DNA of 55,310 nucleotides, taken from IMG/VR virus record IMGVR_UViG_3300039109_000093, positions 1 to 55,310 of that record. One strand, written 5' to 3'. The translations under genes and the position numbers were made by a program. Positions 19,401 to 28,908 of the stretch are shown here, piece by piece. The notes under the pieces are model-generated. The model was not told the origin of the DNA. It did no database searches and saw only the letters and a list, made by a program, of their open reading frames with translations. Position 1 is the first letter of the stretch. Each line of letters opens with the position of its first letter. Source of the DNA: a virus (Duplodnaviria; Caudoviricetes).

Positions 19401-21248
19401 CCTGCCCGAGGACTCCAGCAGCGGGATCAGACTCTCGGCCGACCGCCTGCCACCGAGCGTTGTCAGCACGTTCTCCTGCTGGGCCTGGGTCAGATCCTTG
19501 TACTTGGCCGCCAGGGAAGTGAGCTGCTGCTCCACGGACTGGTTGGTGGTGTCGACCCCGACCTGCTCCAGCGCCTTCTGGAAGGCCGGGGCACCGGCAC
19601 CGCCGAGGATGCGCTTGAGGTCACCAGCCGCCGAGGAACCCGACAGTCCGGTGGTGGAGGTGATGAGCCCGATGGTGTTGGCCAACTGCTCGACGGTGAA
19701 GCCGGACTCCTTACCGATCCCGGCGACCTGGGCCAGTCCCTCCATCACGTCCTTGATGCTGGCGCCGAAGTTGATGTTGGCGTTGGTGGCCGCGTCCAGT
19801 ACCCGGGTCTGCCCGGCCACACCGAGCTCGTACGCCCGGGTGGTGGCGATGACCTGGTTCTGGACCTCGGCCACCTTCTGACCGGACAGCACGACGCCCT
19901 GCTGGGCCGCGTCCACCGTCTGGAGCGCCACCGCCTGGGCCGCTGCCGGGGACGCCGAGGACTCGTCGTGGAAGGCCTGGATGCCCCGGGAGGCCACCGT
20001 GAGGCTCTCCCCGGGGGTGAACCCGGCAGAGGCTCCCACCGAGGCGAGCTGCTCTCCGCTGACCGCACCCTGCTGGCCCACCGAGGTCAGGGCGACCTGG
20101 AGGGACACCAGGCCGTTCTCGTACTCCTTGGTGAGATGGATGGACTCCTTGATGGCTTCGGTGATCTTGTAGAACGCCTCGTACACGTAGATGTAGCGGG
20201 CGATGTCACCGAGCTGCCGCCCCATGTTGAACGGGTCGGAGGCGTCTCCGTTGCCGCCGACCAGACCGTGACCCAGGCCACCGAGGAACCCGCCACCACC
20301 GGCGCTGGCAGTGGCTGCTGTCATCTCCTTCTGGATGGCGGCCACCTGTCGCATCTGCGCCGCTTCACGCCCAAGTGCAGCATTGACCTTGTCGATACCA
20401 GCCTCTTGCGCACCCAGCACATCGGTCTGATTCGCCCGCATCTGGAGGTTGCTCTCGGCAAGAGCCAGATTGGGGTTCGCGGCGCCACGGATGTTGGCGA
20501 TGTGCTCAGCGTTGAGTGCTGCCTGGTCCACCGCACCAGATGCGCCGAGACCCGCCGACGCCACCGTGGCTTCCCGGTAGCTGGCGGTCAGGAGCTGTAC
20601 TTCGTTCCGAAGGAGCTTGGTCGCGTTGGCGTTGGCTTCCAGGGCCGACCCGTCAGAACCCTCGATACCCGTCCTGGCTGTCGACAGCTCAGCGATCTGC
20701 GTCCTGCGATCCGCGATGGCCGTATTGAAAGCCTGCTCATCACCGGGTGCGACACCGAACTGGGCAAGGTTGGCAAAAGCGCCCCTGGCGTTGGTAGCCG
20801 CAATGGCTTGCTCGTCGGAAGCCCGGGCCCGCTGCGCGTGGATCTCGGCCAGTAGCGCCTCCTGCTGCGGGATTCCACCACCACCACCGAGGACCACCGT
20901 GTCGAAGGCCCCGCCCCCCATCTCCCGGAGGGCGGTCTTGGCCCGGAGAGCGGCGAGCTGGAGCTGGTCCAACTGCTCGGTCAGTCGACCTGTACCGGGA
21001 ATATCGAAGGTCAGCCCGCTGGCCGTGCCCAACGCAGCGATGGCTCGCAGCAACTGGTCAGCACTCAGGGTTCCGGCAGCCAGGTCCTCCCGGAACTTCA
21101 GGAGGCCTCCGGCGCCCATCCCTCCCGAGAGGACGCCGTCGATCTCCTGCACGACCGCCCGAACTTCAGCAGGAAGCGCCTGGAGTGGCCCGGTGGCCTG
21201 GTCGTCCAGGAACACACCGATGATCGCGGAGAGATCCTCACCAGCCAT
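16482..21248 (-). CDS. tape measure protein
   Basis: 1588 aa, Ala/Gly/Leu-rich and helical; TP901-like core GLSGSSAAGDLKRI; follows the chaperone genes. Confidence 0.9.
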   Translation of the reverse strand: MAGEDLSAIIGVFLDDQATGPLQALPAEVRAVVQEIDGVLSGGMGAGGLLKFREDLAAGTLSADQLLRAIAALGTASGLTFDIPGTGRLTEQLDQLQLAALRAKTALREMGGGAFDTVVLGGGGGIPQQEALLAEIHAQRARASDEQAIAATNARGAFANLAQFGVAPGDEQAFNTAIADRRTQIAELSTARTGIEGSDGSALEANANATKLLRNEVQLLTASYREATVASAGLGASGAVDQAALNAEHIANIRGAANPNLALAESNLQMRANQTDVLGAQEAGIDKVNAALGREAAQMRQVAAIQKEMTAATASAGGGGFLGGLGHGLVGGNGDASDPFNMGRQLGDIARYIYVYEAFYKITEAIKESIHLTKEYENGLVSLQVALTSVGQQGAVSGEQLASVGASAGFTPGESLTVASRGIQAFHDESSASPAAAQAVALQTVDAAQQGVVLSGQKVAEVQNQVIATTRAYELGVAGQTRVLDAATNANINFGASIKDVMEGLAQVAGIGKESGFTVEQLANTIGLITSTTGLSGSSAAGDLKRILGGAGAPAFQKALEQVGVDTTNQSVEQQLTSLAAKYKDLTQAQQENVLTTLGGRRSAESLIPLLESSGRFAEANAFSLSNAGAAADQYAKRQDTLAGILRQLGGISKELLVDLGQSGIGAGFGIVLEALIPLLRALDEAVKVFGSIPAPIRNISFALLEMAGAIKLLEAASVGAMLSRIPGIGAGAAVAVEGEAAATLRSAQIAGGGGAAAGLGIFGAARGVGGAAVGAVTGATEAGALQASIMTLGAVAAPAAIALGALTAVIVANKASNLAQDLGKVNDVMNQISDTITRTPTADTIQTAANTAAGQAAKLHSESSGFLGSISDFLNGGAGADQASSLKELSTFLSSQAAALAAMSATGNAGPQSVQQLDAKVQELTASGHTSAQIVDYLSRSIHELGNQAKVAQVNVGGLTTGAEGGAGFATQATTILPGGVKASFGDRLGGIGTFTGAPDITPIDLGSAQKQDLQTKIESYLQSQGKDTKNAVLDSADLGKIADLYATQAENYFGLSSGQLKEARDKYLAALTKLATQPGTVGKSQDTSILDEAVAQILKAQQGKLTDANARGADTGELLKIQQDVATQLEAARASYKDMGAAIPADLKQKILVAGKDAYDAFQKRILELANIAKTEAGSNQNLKSQIDAQTVTLLRAAEGIDPSLLPTSITNLANGQILLSAAMLQNARNLKIATDAFNAAQAEAKMILARAQANVDAASAALSDTGPNSVEAELKLSHSVLKLAGAQADAANIKASVAAPNLHLVNDPSAVAGIDLLKAQGTASAKSGDTAAQIAAAARLASIYPGASIERDAAEIQRLQADLAKQTPGTVAYYNALASLHQGMQTYRDAVLAAHHVSGELVIDLTNPLAVANEALRTAQAKLNSDRANGAPGDVLNVDRLAVQQAANAAANTKFQQNLSQVQTNYDLERITQAQYLKYLDAQHAHLFAIHNRTQQQQDELNQIDKLLQEAAKQLQGQFNLGSIKLPTPFEVRRSIAGGASAANGNVQYVSISVNGADTAKVTAIMATYLGPGAFARATTTTAKV

Positions 21249-21277
21249 GTGCCGCTCCCGTCTACTTGTCTACTTGC

Positions 21278-21622
21278 CTACTGGGCCGTGCCGTTCATGA
21301 GTGCCTTGGCGTACTCGTTCTCGGTCTGGTCCACTTCCTCCAACGGCTCCCCCGATGACGTGTTGCCGTACTTGGCTGCCCTGCGGGTGTTCACCTCCTC
21401 CCACCAGATCCCTAGTTCGTCATCCATGCCCCAGATCTCGGGGGGCGGCTGGTCCTCCTCGGGGGCTTCCCACCAGCTCAGGACGGTGAGTGCCTCGGTG
21501 ACGGCTAGGACGAGGTCGTGGCTGGCTCTGCCGAAGTCACCTCCGGGCCAGAGGGCACCGACGCCTCCTCCGAGCTTGGCCGTGGAGACGGTGCGGAGGA
21601 ACTCGCCGCTCCGGCCGAGAAA
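21278..21622 (-). CDS. tail assembly chaperone, -1 frameshift extension (gpGT-like)
   Basis: -1 frame gives FLGRSGEFLRTV...PPPEIWGMDDELGIWWEEV with no start of its own; candidate shift site G CGT TTC at 21619-21625. Confidence 0.7.
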   Translation of the reverse strand, partial: FLGRSGEFLRTVSTAKLGGGVGALWPGGDFGRASHDLVLAVTEALTVLSWWEAPEEDQPPPEIWGMDDELGIWWEEVNTRRAAKYGNTSSGEPLEEVDQTENEYAKALMNGTAQ

Positions 21623-22365
21623 CGCGCATCGTCGGAGTTGGTTTCCAGGTCCTGGAGCAGTCCCAACACCTTGCCGGTCAGCTCGTCGGGGATGTTGGCC
21701 ACGTCGTCGCGGGTGTCGCACAGGTGCTTGGTGTGATCGCACGGACCGTGGTCCCATCGGCCGTCCGTGCAGACGGCAGCCGAGCAGACCCGCATCGCGT
21801 AGAACACCTGGGCCCTGCGGTACTCCCGGCTGAACGAGGTCAGGCCCTGGTTGGCCGCCCACACCTCCCGGTGCGCGTCCTTGAGCTTGTCCAGGTCCAG
21901 ACCGGCGATCTCCATCTGGTAGTCCGCCTGGTAGCCGTCCACCCGCTTCTGGAGCTCCTCCAGGTACTCGGAGCGGACCTTGACCATCAGCTCCTTCTCC
22001 GGGCCCTCCAGGCTGTCCGGGGCCCGCTCCACCATCTGGTACCGCTCGGCCCACTCCGAGTCCACCCGGACGGCATTGGTGGCGTTCACCCACCACTTCC
22101 CCTGCTGGCCGTTGACCAGGGCCTCGCGCAGGTTCTCCACCGTGGCGTCCGCCAGGCTGGCCTCGAACAGGTCCTTCTCCGGGGAGCCGATCTCCTTCAG
22201 CGCCAGGATGAACCGGGCCCGCGCCACCGCGCCGTCCTTGCGCGCATCGTCCATCTCGAACGAGTTGAGCTTGTTGACCCACACCAGCACCGGGTCGGGC
22301 TCGCTACGGACCACCAGTTCTCGACCCTCCACGAACAGGTCGGTCACTCTTGCCAGAGCACTCAT
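21505..22365 (-). CDS. tail assembly chaperone (gpG-like)
   Basis: Between major tail and tape measure; start MSALARV; Ser/Pro-rich tail after ...DARFS. Confidence 0.75.
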   Translation of the reverse strand: MSALARVTDLFVEGRELVVRSEPDPVLVWVNKLNSFEMDDARKDGAVARARFILALKEIGSPEKDLFEASLADATVENLREALVNGQQGKWWVNATNAVRVDSEWAERYQMVERAPDSLEGPEKELMVKVRSEYLEELQKRVDGYQADYQMEIAGLDLDKLKDAHREVWAANQGLTSFSREYRRAQVFYAMRVCSAAVCTDGRWDHGPCDHTKHLCDTRDDVANIPDELTGKVLGLLQDLETNSDDARFSAGAASSSAPSPRPSSEEASVPSGPEVTSAEPATTSS

Positions 22366-22420
22366 GTTCTGCCACTCCCTCCATGTCCATGTCCTGCCCA
22401 CCGCCGATTGGCGGTACGGC

Positions 22421-22470
22421 GACGGCTACCCGCTCCCCTCGGGGGGACCTTGAGAGAGCGGGTAGCCGTC
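22421..22470 (-). terminator. terminator-like hairpin after major tail gene
   Basis: GACGGCTACCCGCTC / GAGCGGGTAGCCGTC inverted repeat. Confidence 0.65.
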
Positions 22471-22523
22471 CGTCCTGTTCCTGGTTGATCTGGTCTAGCT
22501 GGTACCTATGTAGAGCCGTGAAG

Positions 22524-22553
22524 TGATGCTGTCAACGCCCGTTAGCAGGGTCA
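22524..22553. repeat. dispersed palindrome, intergenic copy
   Basis: TGATGCTGTCAACG-CC-CGTTAGCAGGGTCA, followed by a duplicated half site TAGCAGGGTCA. Confidence 0.8.
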
Positions 22554-22565
22554 GTGCTAGCAGGG

Positions 22566-24008
22566 TCAGTACGGGCTGACCAGAAGGGTGCCGGAGTCGC
22601 TGGCGAACGGGATGGTGATGTCCAGCTTCTGCTGCACCCGGGCGTTGAAGCCCGGCAGCGTCAGGCGAGCGTCCGTGACGCTGATGTGCTTGAGCACCGA
22701 CCCGTCGTCAGGGCTGTGCAGCACGATGTCCAGGATCAGCGGCGGAGCACTGGTGGCCGTGGCCGTCTTGGTGGCGTCCGCTGCGCCCGTGATCTGCTGC
22801 ATCAGCGCCAGCAGGGCCGGGGCGTCCGCAGGCTTGATCTGGAGGGTGCCCTTGACCTCCGGGACGTCGAAGTCCGAGGAGACCAGGTGGTAGTTGCCGA
22901 ACTCCTCATCCTTATCGAGCTTCACCGCCCAGTCCACGGTGGCCGCCTGAACGCCCAACACCCGGTTCACGTACGGCGTGGCCGCCGTGTAGCCGCCGAG
23001 GTAGACCGCGATGTCCCGGCCCCGGATGGCAGCCGGGTGCGCGGCATCGACCGCCAGGTGGACCGCCTGGAGATAGGACGCCGCACTGGGCGAGGAGTAC
23101 ATGATCTGGACGCTGTCGGTGGTGGCCACCGCCGCAACCAAGGTGACCGTGGTGACCGCCGCACCCGAGGTGATGGCGCCGTAGGTCTCGGTGTAGTCGA
23201 TGCCGTACACCAGGCGCTTGAGACCCGCCATGACGTTGAGCGCACGTCGGGTGACACCAGCCTCGTCGATGGAGTAGGCCGGGTGTGCAGTCACCACCGT
23301 CTGACCGGCCACGCCCGTCCCTGCGGCCTTCTCCACGTAGGTCGTACCGGGGTTGTAGTAGATCGTGTCCCCGCGCAGCGTGGCGGTGAGCGCAGCGTCC
23401 GCCTGGAGGCCGAACTTGTAGCTCAGCTTCTCCAGCGTCAGGAACGGGACGCCCACCGAGTCCACGATGGCGAACGGGCTGGCCGCCGCCTGGCCCGCCT
23501 TGAACAGCGAGCTGACGTCGATGGGTCGGGCGTTCACCGGGTCGTAGGAGGTCTGCACGACGCTCAAGGCAGCTGCCGCGACGGTGGCCGTGGCGGCCAG
23601 TGCCACCACGACATCCGTGCCGCTGGTGATCGTGACGATGGTCGTCACGAGGGCGCCACCCCCCGCGCCCGCGCCCGCGACCGAGATGGTGCGACCCACG
23701 TCTGCGGAGGTGAAGGCGCCCGTGGCCGAGCTCACCGTGGTGGAGGCCGCCGTGGTGACGCCGTCCGCCGTGGAACGTCCCGCGTAGCCGCCGGTCAACA
23801 GGTTCTCGATGGCCGTGGTCACGTCGTAGGAGTCCATCGAGAAGCTCAGGTCGGGGATGTCCCGGATCTGGGCGATGGACTTGTAGTTGCCCAGCTCGTG
23901 AATCGTCTCGACCGGGATGTTGACCTGGCCTGGACCCGCCGTCTGGATGCGGTTGACCAGGACGGTGTCGTTGGCCACGTGCAAAAGTTGGCCCGCCTTC
24001 ACAGCCAT
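22566..24008 (-). CDS. major tail (tube) protein with inserted decoration domains
   Basis: Position before the chaperones; strong high-expression codon bias; Thr/Ala-rich insert FTSADVGRTI. Confidence 0.82.
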   Translation of the reverse strand: MAVKAGQLLHVANDTVLVNRIQTAGPGQVNIPVETIHELGNYKSIAQIRDIPDLSFSMDSYDVTTAIENLLTGGYAGRSTADGVTTAASTTVSSATGAFTSADVGRTISVAGAGAGGGALVTTIVTITSGTDVVVALAATATVAAAALSVVQTSYDPVNARPIDVSSLFKAGQAAASPFAIVDSVGVPFLTLEKLSYKFGLQADAALTATLRGDTIYYNPGTTYVEKAAGTGVAGQTVVTAHPAYSIDEAGVTRRALNVMAGLKRLVYGIDYTETYGAITSGAAVTTVTLVAAVATTDSVQIMYSSPSAASYLQAVHLAVDAAHPAAIRGRDIAVYLGGYTAATPYVNRVLGVQAATVDWAVKLDKDEEFGNYHLVSSDFDVPEVKGTLQIKPADAPALLALMQQITGAADATKTATATSAPPLILDIVLHSPDDGSVLKHISVTDARLTLPGFNARVQQKLDITIPFASDSGTLLVSPY

Positions 24009-24071
24009 GCGTGTTCTCCTCTTGCTAAGCGCGCCATGGGCACGGGATCAACTACTGAGTGCTTCGGCACG

Positions 24072-24920
24072 TCAGGATGGGAATCTGTTCCGAGGGTCCA
24101 GCGTGGCGGCGATGAGCTTGCCGCTCGTGGTGGACTTACGCTTGATCGCATCCTCCTGGAACTGGGCCACCAGCTCCGCGAGTCGACCAGCCAGCTCACG
24201 GTTGATGTTGGTGAGGTCCCGCTGGAAGACCCGGTCGAACCCGGCCAGCGACCCGGTGTAGCCCGAGATGGCACCACCCGAGATGAAGCCGGTACGCGCC
24301 AGGACGCCCGCACTGGAGATGGCCTGCGGCCTGCGCCGCCGGACGTCCGCGAACCGGGTGAAGCTCTGGCCGCCGACTACCTTGCCATGCGACCGGCCCT
24401 GGAAGCCTCCGGAGGTGAAGCCGGTGTTGCGGAAGATCTGGAGGACAGCCTCCTTCTCTTGCTGCGCTGGCATGAAGGACTCCCAGGCCTTCTTGTACGC
24501 CCCCTGCGCGATGATGGGGTTCTTGACCACCGCCTTGATGCTGGTGCCCCTGGTGTTGGCCATCCGCATGCCGCCGACGGTTGTTGCCTCACCCGCCTTG
24601 CGTAGATAACGCAACGCCTTGGCGGTCGGCGTTCCCTCTCCGGGCAGGATCGTGGACAAAAAGCCCAGCGGGAAGAACTGCTGCCCGCCACTATGGCCCG
24701 CACCGAAGAAGCCACCACTGCCCGGAGCCAGACGGGTGCCCTCGCCCCACAGTCCGAAGATCTCCCGGCCCACGAACAGCTCGGAGCCGTATTCCAGACC
24801 GCGCCAGTAGGCCAGGATCTTGCTGGCAGCGCTGTCGAGGAACTCCGGGTTCCCCACGCTGAAGCCCAGTCGCCCGAGGTAGGCGACGTTGCCGGGAGAG
24901 CCGACCTTGAAGTTCGCCAT
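24072..24920 (-). CDS. neck/tail-completion protein (HK97 gp10-like motifs, apparently permuted)
   Basis: VGN...YWRGLEYGS and TTSGKLIAAT motifs; located in the head-tail joining cluster. Confidence 0.55.
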   Translation of the reverse strand: MANFKVGSPGNVAYLGRLGFSVGNPEFLDSAASKILAYWRGLEYGSELFVGREIFGLWGEGTRLAPGSGGFFGAGHSGGQQFFPLGFLSTILPGEGTPTAKALRYLRKAGEATTVGGMRMANTRGTSIKAVVKNPIIAQGAYKKAWESFMPAQQEKEAVLQIFRNTGFTSGGFQGRSHGKVVGGQSFTRFADVRRRRPQAISSAGVLARTGFISGGAISGYTGSLAGFDRVFQRDLTNINRELAGRLAELVAQFQEDAIKRKSTTSGKLIAATLDPRNRFPS

Positions 24921-25225
24921 CAGGCTGGCTCGTCTTCCACCAGCATCTCAATGAGCCTGCGCTGCGACAGGTGCATGTCCCTGAGCAACAGCAGAGCTTC
25001 CTCGTTGACCACCGAGCCGTCACTCACGCTGGCCTTCAGCACATCCAGCACCATGTCGTGGTACTGGCCCACCGAGCTCATGACCTTGTCGCGGAACTCC
25101 TTGGCCACCTGGTTGCGCACGCCGATGGGCAGCGCCGGAGCGACCTTCTTCTCGAAGTGCTCCATGATGGAAGCGACCAGGCGACGACGCTGCTCGTTGG
25201 CCAGGTTCCTGACGAAGTCGGTCAC
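24920..25225 (-). CDS. hypothetical helical protein
   Basis: GTG start overlaps the upstream TGA; helical composition. Confidence 0.65.
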   Translation of the reverse strand: MTDFVRNLANEQRRRLVASIMEHFEKKVAPALPIGVRNQVAKEFRDKVMSSVGQYHDMVLDVLKASVSDGSVVNEEALLLLRDMHLSQRRLIEMLVEDEPA

Positions 25226-25767
25226 GGTCCGCCACCCGTCTCCACCGCGTTGTACTCGTGACAAGCGGTCATCTTGACTACCCGCCAGGCCCGCTTGTAG
25301 GTCTCGGTCGGCAGGGTTTCGGTCTCGACGTCCTCGAAGTGAATGACGTGCCCTACCGCGACAACGGGCGTTGGCAGCGAGTAGTCCGTCAATGGCTGGT
25401 ATCTACTGGTCCCGCTGAGCCTGCCCGTCAGGATGGCCCGCACGTCGGCAGCCAGCGCATCAGCTACACCCACGGACTCCCCGAAGATGTCGCAGAAGTA
25501 GACGTGCTCGGTCACCCACAGCCCGCCACCGGCCGCGCCCAGCTCCAGCTCGGTGTCCTTCTGGACGGGTCCGGAGGTGAACGCCATGGTGTTGGGCACC
25601 AGCTCGGTGTGGCGCGCTGGCACCTGGTCCACCAGGGTGATCGGGCCCGTGGCCCCGAAGGGGGCATCGACGTTGAACCACCCCAGCGCCGTGAGCTGGG
25701 TCAGCAGGTATATGCCCACGTTGCGATCTACCAGGCGCTCCTGGCCCCTGATGTAAAAGGTAGTCAC
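25222..25767 (-). CDS. putative tail terminator
   Basis: Position; ELGAAGG...YFCDIFGES pattern. Confidence 0.65.
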   Translation of the reverse strand: MTTFYIRGQERLVDRNVGIYLLTQLTALGWFNVDAPFGATGPITLVDQVPARHTELVPNTMAFTSGPVQKDTELELGAAGGGLWVTEHVYFCDIFGESVGVADALAADVRAILTGRLSGTSRYQPLTDYSLPTPVVAVGHVIHFEDVETETLPTETYKRAWRVVKMTACHEYNAVETGGGP

Positions 25768-26210
25768 GCTTCGTCGACCGCCTGGCAGTGCACCCGGAAC
25801 AGTCCCACGGTCACCAGTCCCTTCGGGGTCTCCATGTGGTGGTAGGAGTAGGAGACGCCTCGGACGACCACGTACTCGAAGCCGTCCACCTGGGCGAAGT
25901 CCTGGTCCAGCAGGGTGAGCACGATCCTGCTGGGAGCGACCTCACCGAAGCCGGTCATCTTGCCTTCGGCGTCGTGGTACTCGATGGCACACGGGACCTT
26001 GACGGCCGCAAGTCGGGCATAGGTGGGCCGGTAGGCCGGGTCGAAGGGCACTCCCTCGGCGTCCACCGTCTCGGTCGCCGTCCAGGTCCGGGGCATGTAG
26101 AAGGTCGGCTGGTCACCAGTGACGGTGGGCAGCCCGACCTGCATGGCAAGCCGGAGGCCAGCACGGACCGCGTCCGCGTTGAACCCCTGGATGCGCACAT
26201 CACCGGCCAT
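25764..26210 (-). CDS. putative head-closure (stopper) protein
   Basis: Position after the adaptor; beta-rich VPCAIEY...YVVVRG. Confidence 0.65.
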   Translation of the reverse strand: MAGDVRIQGFNADAVRAGLRLAMQVGLPTVTGDQPTFYMPRTWTATETVDAEGVPFDPAYRPTYARLAAVKVPCAIEYHDAEGKMTGFGEVAPSRIVLTLLDQDFAQVDGFEYVVVRGVSYSYHHMETPKGLVTVGLFRVHCQAVDEA

Positions 26211-26223
26211 GACAGCTCCCGGC

Positions 26224-26781
26224 TCAGAACTCGATCAAGGTTGAGAAGCCGGTGATTTCATAGCCGTAGAAGCTGCCGAACTCCCCGAAGTAGCCGGTCG
26301 GGAAGTAGCCACGCGAACGGGTCAGGTAGCCGTCCGTGACATGGACGGCGTTGTTGCCGCGCGCCTGCCGCAGCACCAGCGCCAGCAGGCCGTCCTTGCG
26401 CTGCCGGAACTCCTTGAGCTCCTCGGTGAGAACGGACGCTGACGTCTCGACCTCGTAGATGACTCCGGCCGCCTCATATTTCTGCCTGTTCTTCATGTTC
26501 CGGAGCTGGGCCCGGATGGTCCGAACACCCCCGTAGATGACGCACAGCGCGCCACCCCCGCTGGACAGCCCAGGCGTCACGGTGAGCAGGTTCGGGTCCA
26601 GCACCATGGCACCGAAGAAGCCATCGAGCTGAGCCTCCCCGAAGGCATCCCCCAAGGCCGCCGCCAGGTCGTCATCGGAGGTGTTCGGGAAGACCGTGGC
26701 GAACTCTCCGGGAACCGCCAGCTCGCGCTTGAGGGCTTCCACGTAGTCGGCTAGAGCCGTGGGAGGTGCTGGCGTCGTCAT
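26224..26781 (-). CDS. putative head-to-tail adaptor
   Basis: Helical N-terminus, KYEAAGVIYEVE hairpin; first gene of the joining cluster. Confidence 0.68.
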   Translation of the reverse strand: MTTPAPPTALADYVEALKRELAVPGEFATVFPNTSDDDLAAALGDAFGEAQLDGFFGAMVLDPNLLTVTPGLSSGGGALCVIYGGVRTIRAQLRNMKNRQKYEAAGVIYEVETSASVLTEELKEFRQRKDGLLALVLRQARGNNAVHVTDGYLTRSRGYFPTGYFGEFGSFYGYEITGFSTLIEF

Positions 26782-26824
26782 GCTCTTTGAGTCGGCCAGA
26801 AACGCGGGCCTACTGATGGTGCGC

Positions 26825-27148
26825 TCAGTAGAGCCGCTCCTCCACCAGCAGGCCGATGACCGGCTGGTGGAGCTCTACGGTCAGCCTGATGGGCCTGAGG
26901 TGGAAGCGGGTGTAGGCGCCAACGGCGCTGAGCGTGAGTGAGCCGGTTGCCATGGAGAGCACTGTCGTCACGAGAGTCACCGCCAGCGAACCGGAGGCCG
27001 TAACCGGAGTTGCTGCCGTACCGCTCCCCGACAGCGAGAGCGAGCCGGAGGCCGACGCAGAGATGCCGCTACTGAAGACCGACGACGAGAGCCGAACATC
27101 CCTCGGGCCTGCTATCCCGGTGTTCGGGTAAATCAGAACGGTGGTCAT
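26825..27148 (-). CDS. small Ser/Thr-rich virion accessory protein
   Basis: MTTVLIYP...ASGSLSLSG repeats; ATG overlaps the TAA of a lost upstream gene. Confidence 0.55.
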   Translation of the reverse strand: MTTVLIYPNTGIAGPRDVRLSSSVFSSGISASASGSLSLSGSGTAATPVTASGSLAVTLVTTVLSMATGSLTLSAVGAYTRFHLRPIRLTVELHQPVIGLLVEERLY

Positions 27149-27178
27149 TAGACGGCCGCTTCCGCCGATACTGGGTGC

Positions 27179-28729
27179 ATGGGACTCACGGGCACGCACG
27201 CTGCTGGCGATCCGAACCACGTACCGGATCACAACCTCATCGATGAAGCCATCGCCGCCCTCCAGGCCGCTGTTGCTGCCTGCCTAGCAGGCACCGACAC
27301 GGCGGCGCTGACCTCCGCCGGGTTGGAAGCGGCAGCAGGACTAGCGGTCGAGCCGGTTGACCACAACGCGCCAGCGGCTGGCACTGGGGACGTAGCACTG
27401 GGCTACAAGGCACTTCGTTCGCTCACCACGGGAGCGGGCAACACAGCTGTCGGTGACCGTGCACTTCACGTGCTCACGACGGGGAGCAACAACACAGCGG
27501 TCGGCTTCCAGGCGTTGGAGTCAGTCTCTACGGGCGACAGCAACACCGCCGTGGGCTATCACGCTCAATACGGAACGACGACCGGGATCCAAAACGTCTC
27601 GGTCGGGCTCGGAGTGAATCCGGTCAACCCGACAGGCAACAACAACACCGCTGTCGGCTACGAGGCGTTGCACGCCAGCACGACCAGCGCCAACGTCGCC
27701 ATCGGCTACGCCGCCCTGTTCAACGCCACCTCGGGCAGCGAGCAAACTGCCGTGGGCAACTCAGCGCTGAACGCTTGCACGACCGGGTCTTTCAACACCG
27801 CGATGGGCAGCAACGTCCTTGCGAACCTGACCACAGGAGCGAGCAACGTCGCTATTGGAATCCGTGCCGGTTACACGGCGACGGGTGCTAACGCGACTAC
27901 TACAGCATCGAAACAGACGCTCGTCGGGACCGAGGCGGGGCAAGGAAGCGCCACCCAGGTCGACGATGTTGTCGCGGTCGGTTACCGCGCCCTCGGTGTC
28001 GGTGCGGGTTCGGTTGCGGTCGGGTCGGGGGCGACCGCCCCCGCGACGAGCGTTGCCGTCGGTTATCAGGCTATGACCGTTGCTACGGGAGCGCAGTCCG
28101 TTGCCGTCGGCTATGGGGCGCTTAGTGCTGCCAATACCGGAGCGGCCAACACGGCCATCGGCTATCAGGCGCTCAACGGCGCAGGAGCAGGGGCGAACAA
28201 CGTCGCAGTCGGGAACATCGCCCTTACCGCGAACACCAGCGGCGGGGTCAACACCGCCGTCGGTAACGCTGCCCTCAACCACGCCACAACAGGCTCAGCC
28301 AATACTGGCATCGGGGCCAACGCCTTCGACTCCTTGACCACCGGGTTCGATAACACCGCCGTCGGCTACCTCGCCGGTTATACCGCCGTGGGTGCCAATG
28401 CCACCACTACCGGAGCCCGCCAAGCCCTGCTCGGCAGGGAATCGGGTCAGGCTAGTTCGGCGGTCGCCAACGACGTTGTCGCAGTCGGCTACCGGGCCGT
28501 CGCCATCACCGACGGCGTGGCTCTCGGCTCCGGCGCTCAGGTCACTCACACGAACAGCGTGGCAATCGGAAAGGCAACCGTGAGCAGCCAGAACAACCAG
28601 GTAGCCGTCGGCTCCCGGGACGTGGAGCACGCAGCCACCGGCTTCGGTCCCGTCATCAAGAGCCCGGACGGCACCCGCTACCGGGTAGTGGCAGCCAACG
28701 GTGGGGCACTCTCGACGGTGGCAGCATGA
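27179..28729 (+). CDS. beta-roll (YadA/Hep-Hag-like) fibre/adhesin protein
   Basis: Many NTAVGxxAL 14-aa repeats; C-terminal IKSPDGTRYRV fibre motif; the only large plus-strand gene. Confidence 0.85.
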   Translation: MGLTGTHAAGDPNHVPDHNLIDEAIAALQAAVAACLAGTDTAALTSAGLEAAAGLAVEPVDHNAPAAGTGDVALGYKALRSLTTGAGNTAVGDRALHVLTTGSNNTAVGFQALESVSTGDSNTAVGYHAQYGTTTGIQNVSVGLGVNPVNPTGNNNTAVGYEALHASTTSANVAIGYAALFNATSGSEQTAVGNSALNACTTGSFNTAMGSNVLANLTTGASNVAIGIRAGYTATGANATTTASKQTLVGTEAGQGSATQVDDVVAVGYRALGVGAGSVAVGSGATAPATSVAVGYQAMTVATGAQSVAVGYGALSAANTGAANTAIGYQALNGAGAGANNVAVGNIALTANTSGGVNTAVGNAALNHATTGSANTGIGANAFDSLTTGFDNTAVGYLAGYTAVGANATTTGARQALLGRESGQASSAVANDVVAVGYRAVAITDGVALGSGAQVTHTNSVAIGKATVSSQNNQVAVGSRDVEHAATGFGPVIKSPDGTRYRVVAANGGALSTVAA

Positions 28730-28908
28730 TCGGGACCGAGTACGTCATCGAGCAACTAGGCGCGGCCCTCAAAGCCAGCCATGAAGCCCTCGCGCAGCGG
28801 CAGCAGCAGATCGCAGCACTTGAGGCCAAGGTCGATGACCTTGTTCACCTCGCCGCAGAACCCCTCCTAGCCCTGCACCCCCCGGAACGCCCCACAGGGG
28901 CTCCGTAG
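28726..28908 (+). CDS. small coiled-coil protein (possible fibre chaperone)
   Basis: ATGA overlap with the fibre gene; heptad pattern QQQIAALEAKV. Confidence 0.65.
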   Translation: MIGTEYVIEQLGAALKASHEALAQRQQQIAALEAKVDDLVHLAAEPLLALHPPERPTGAP

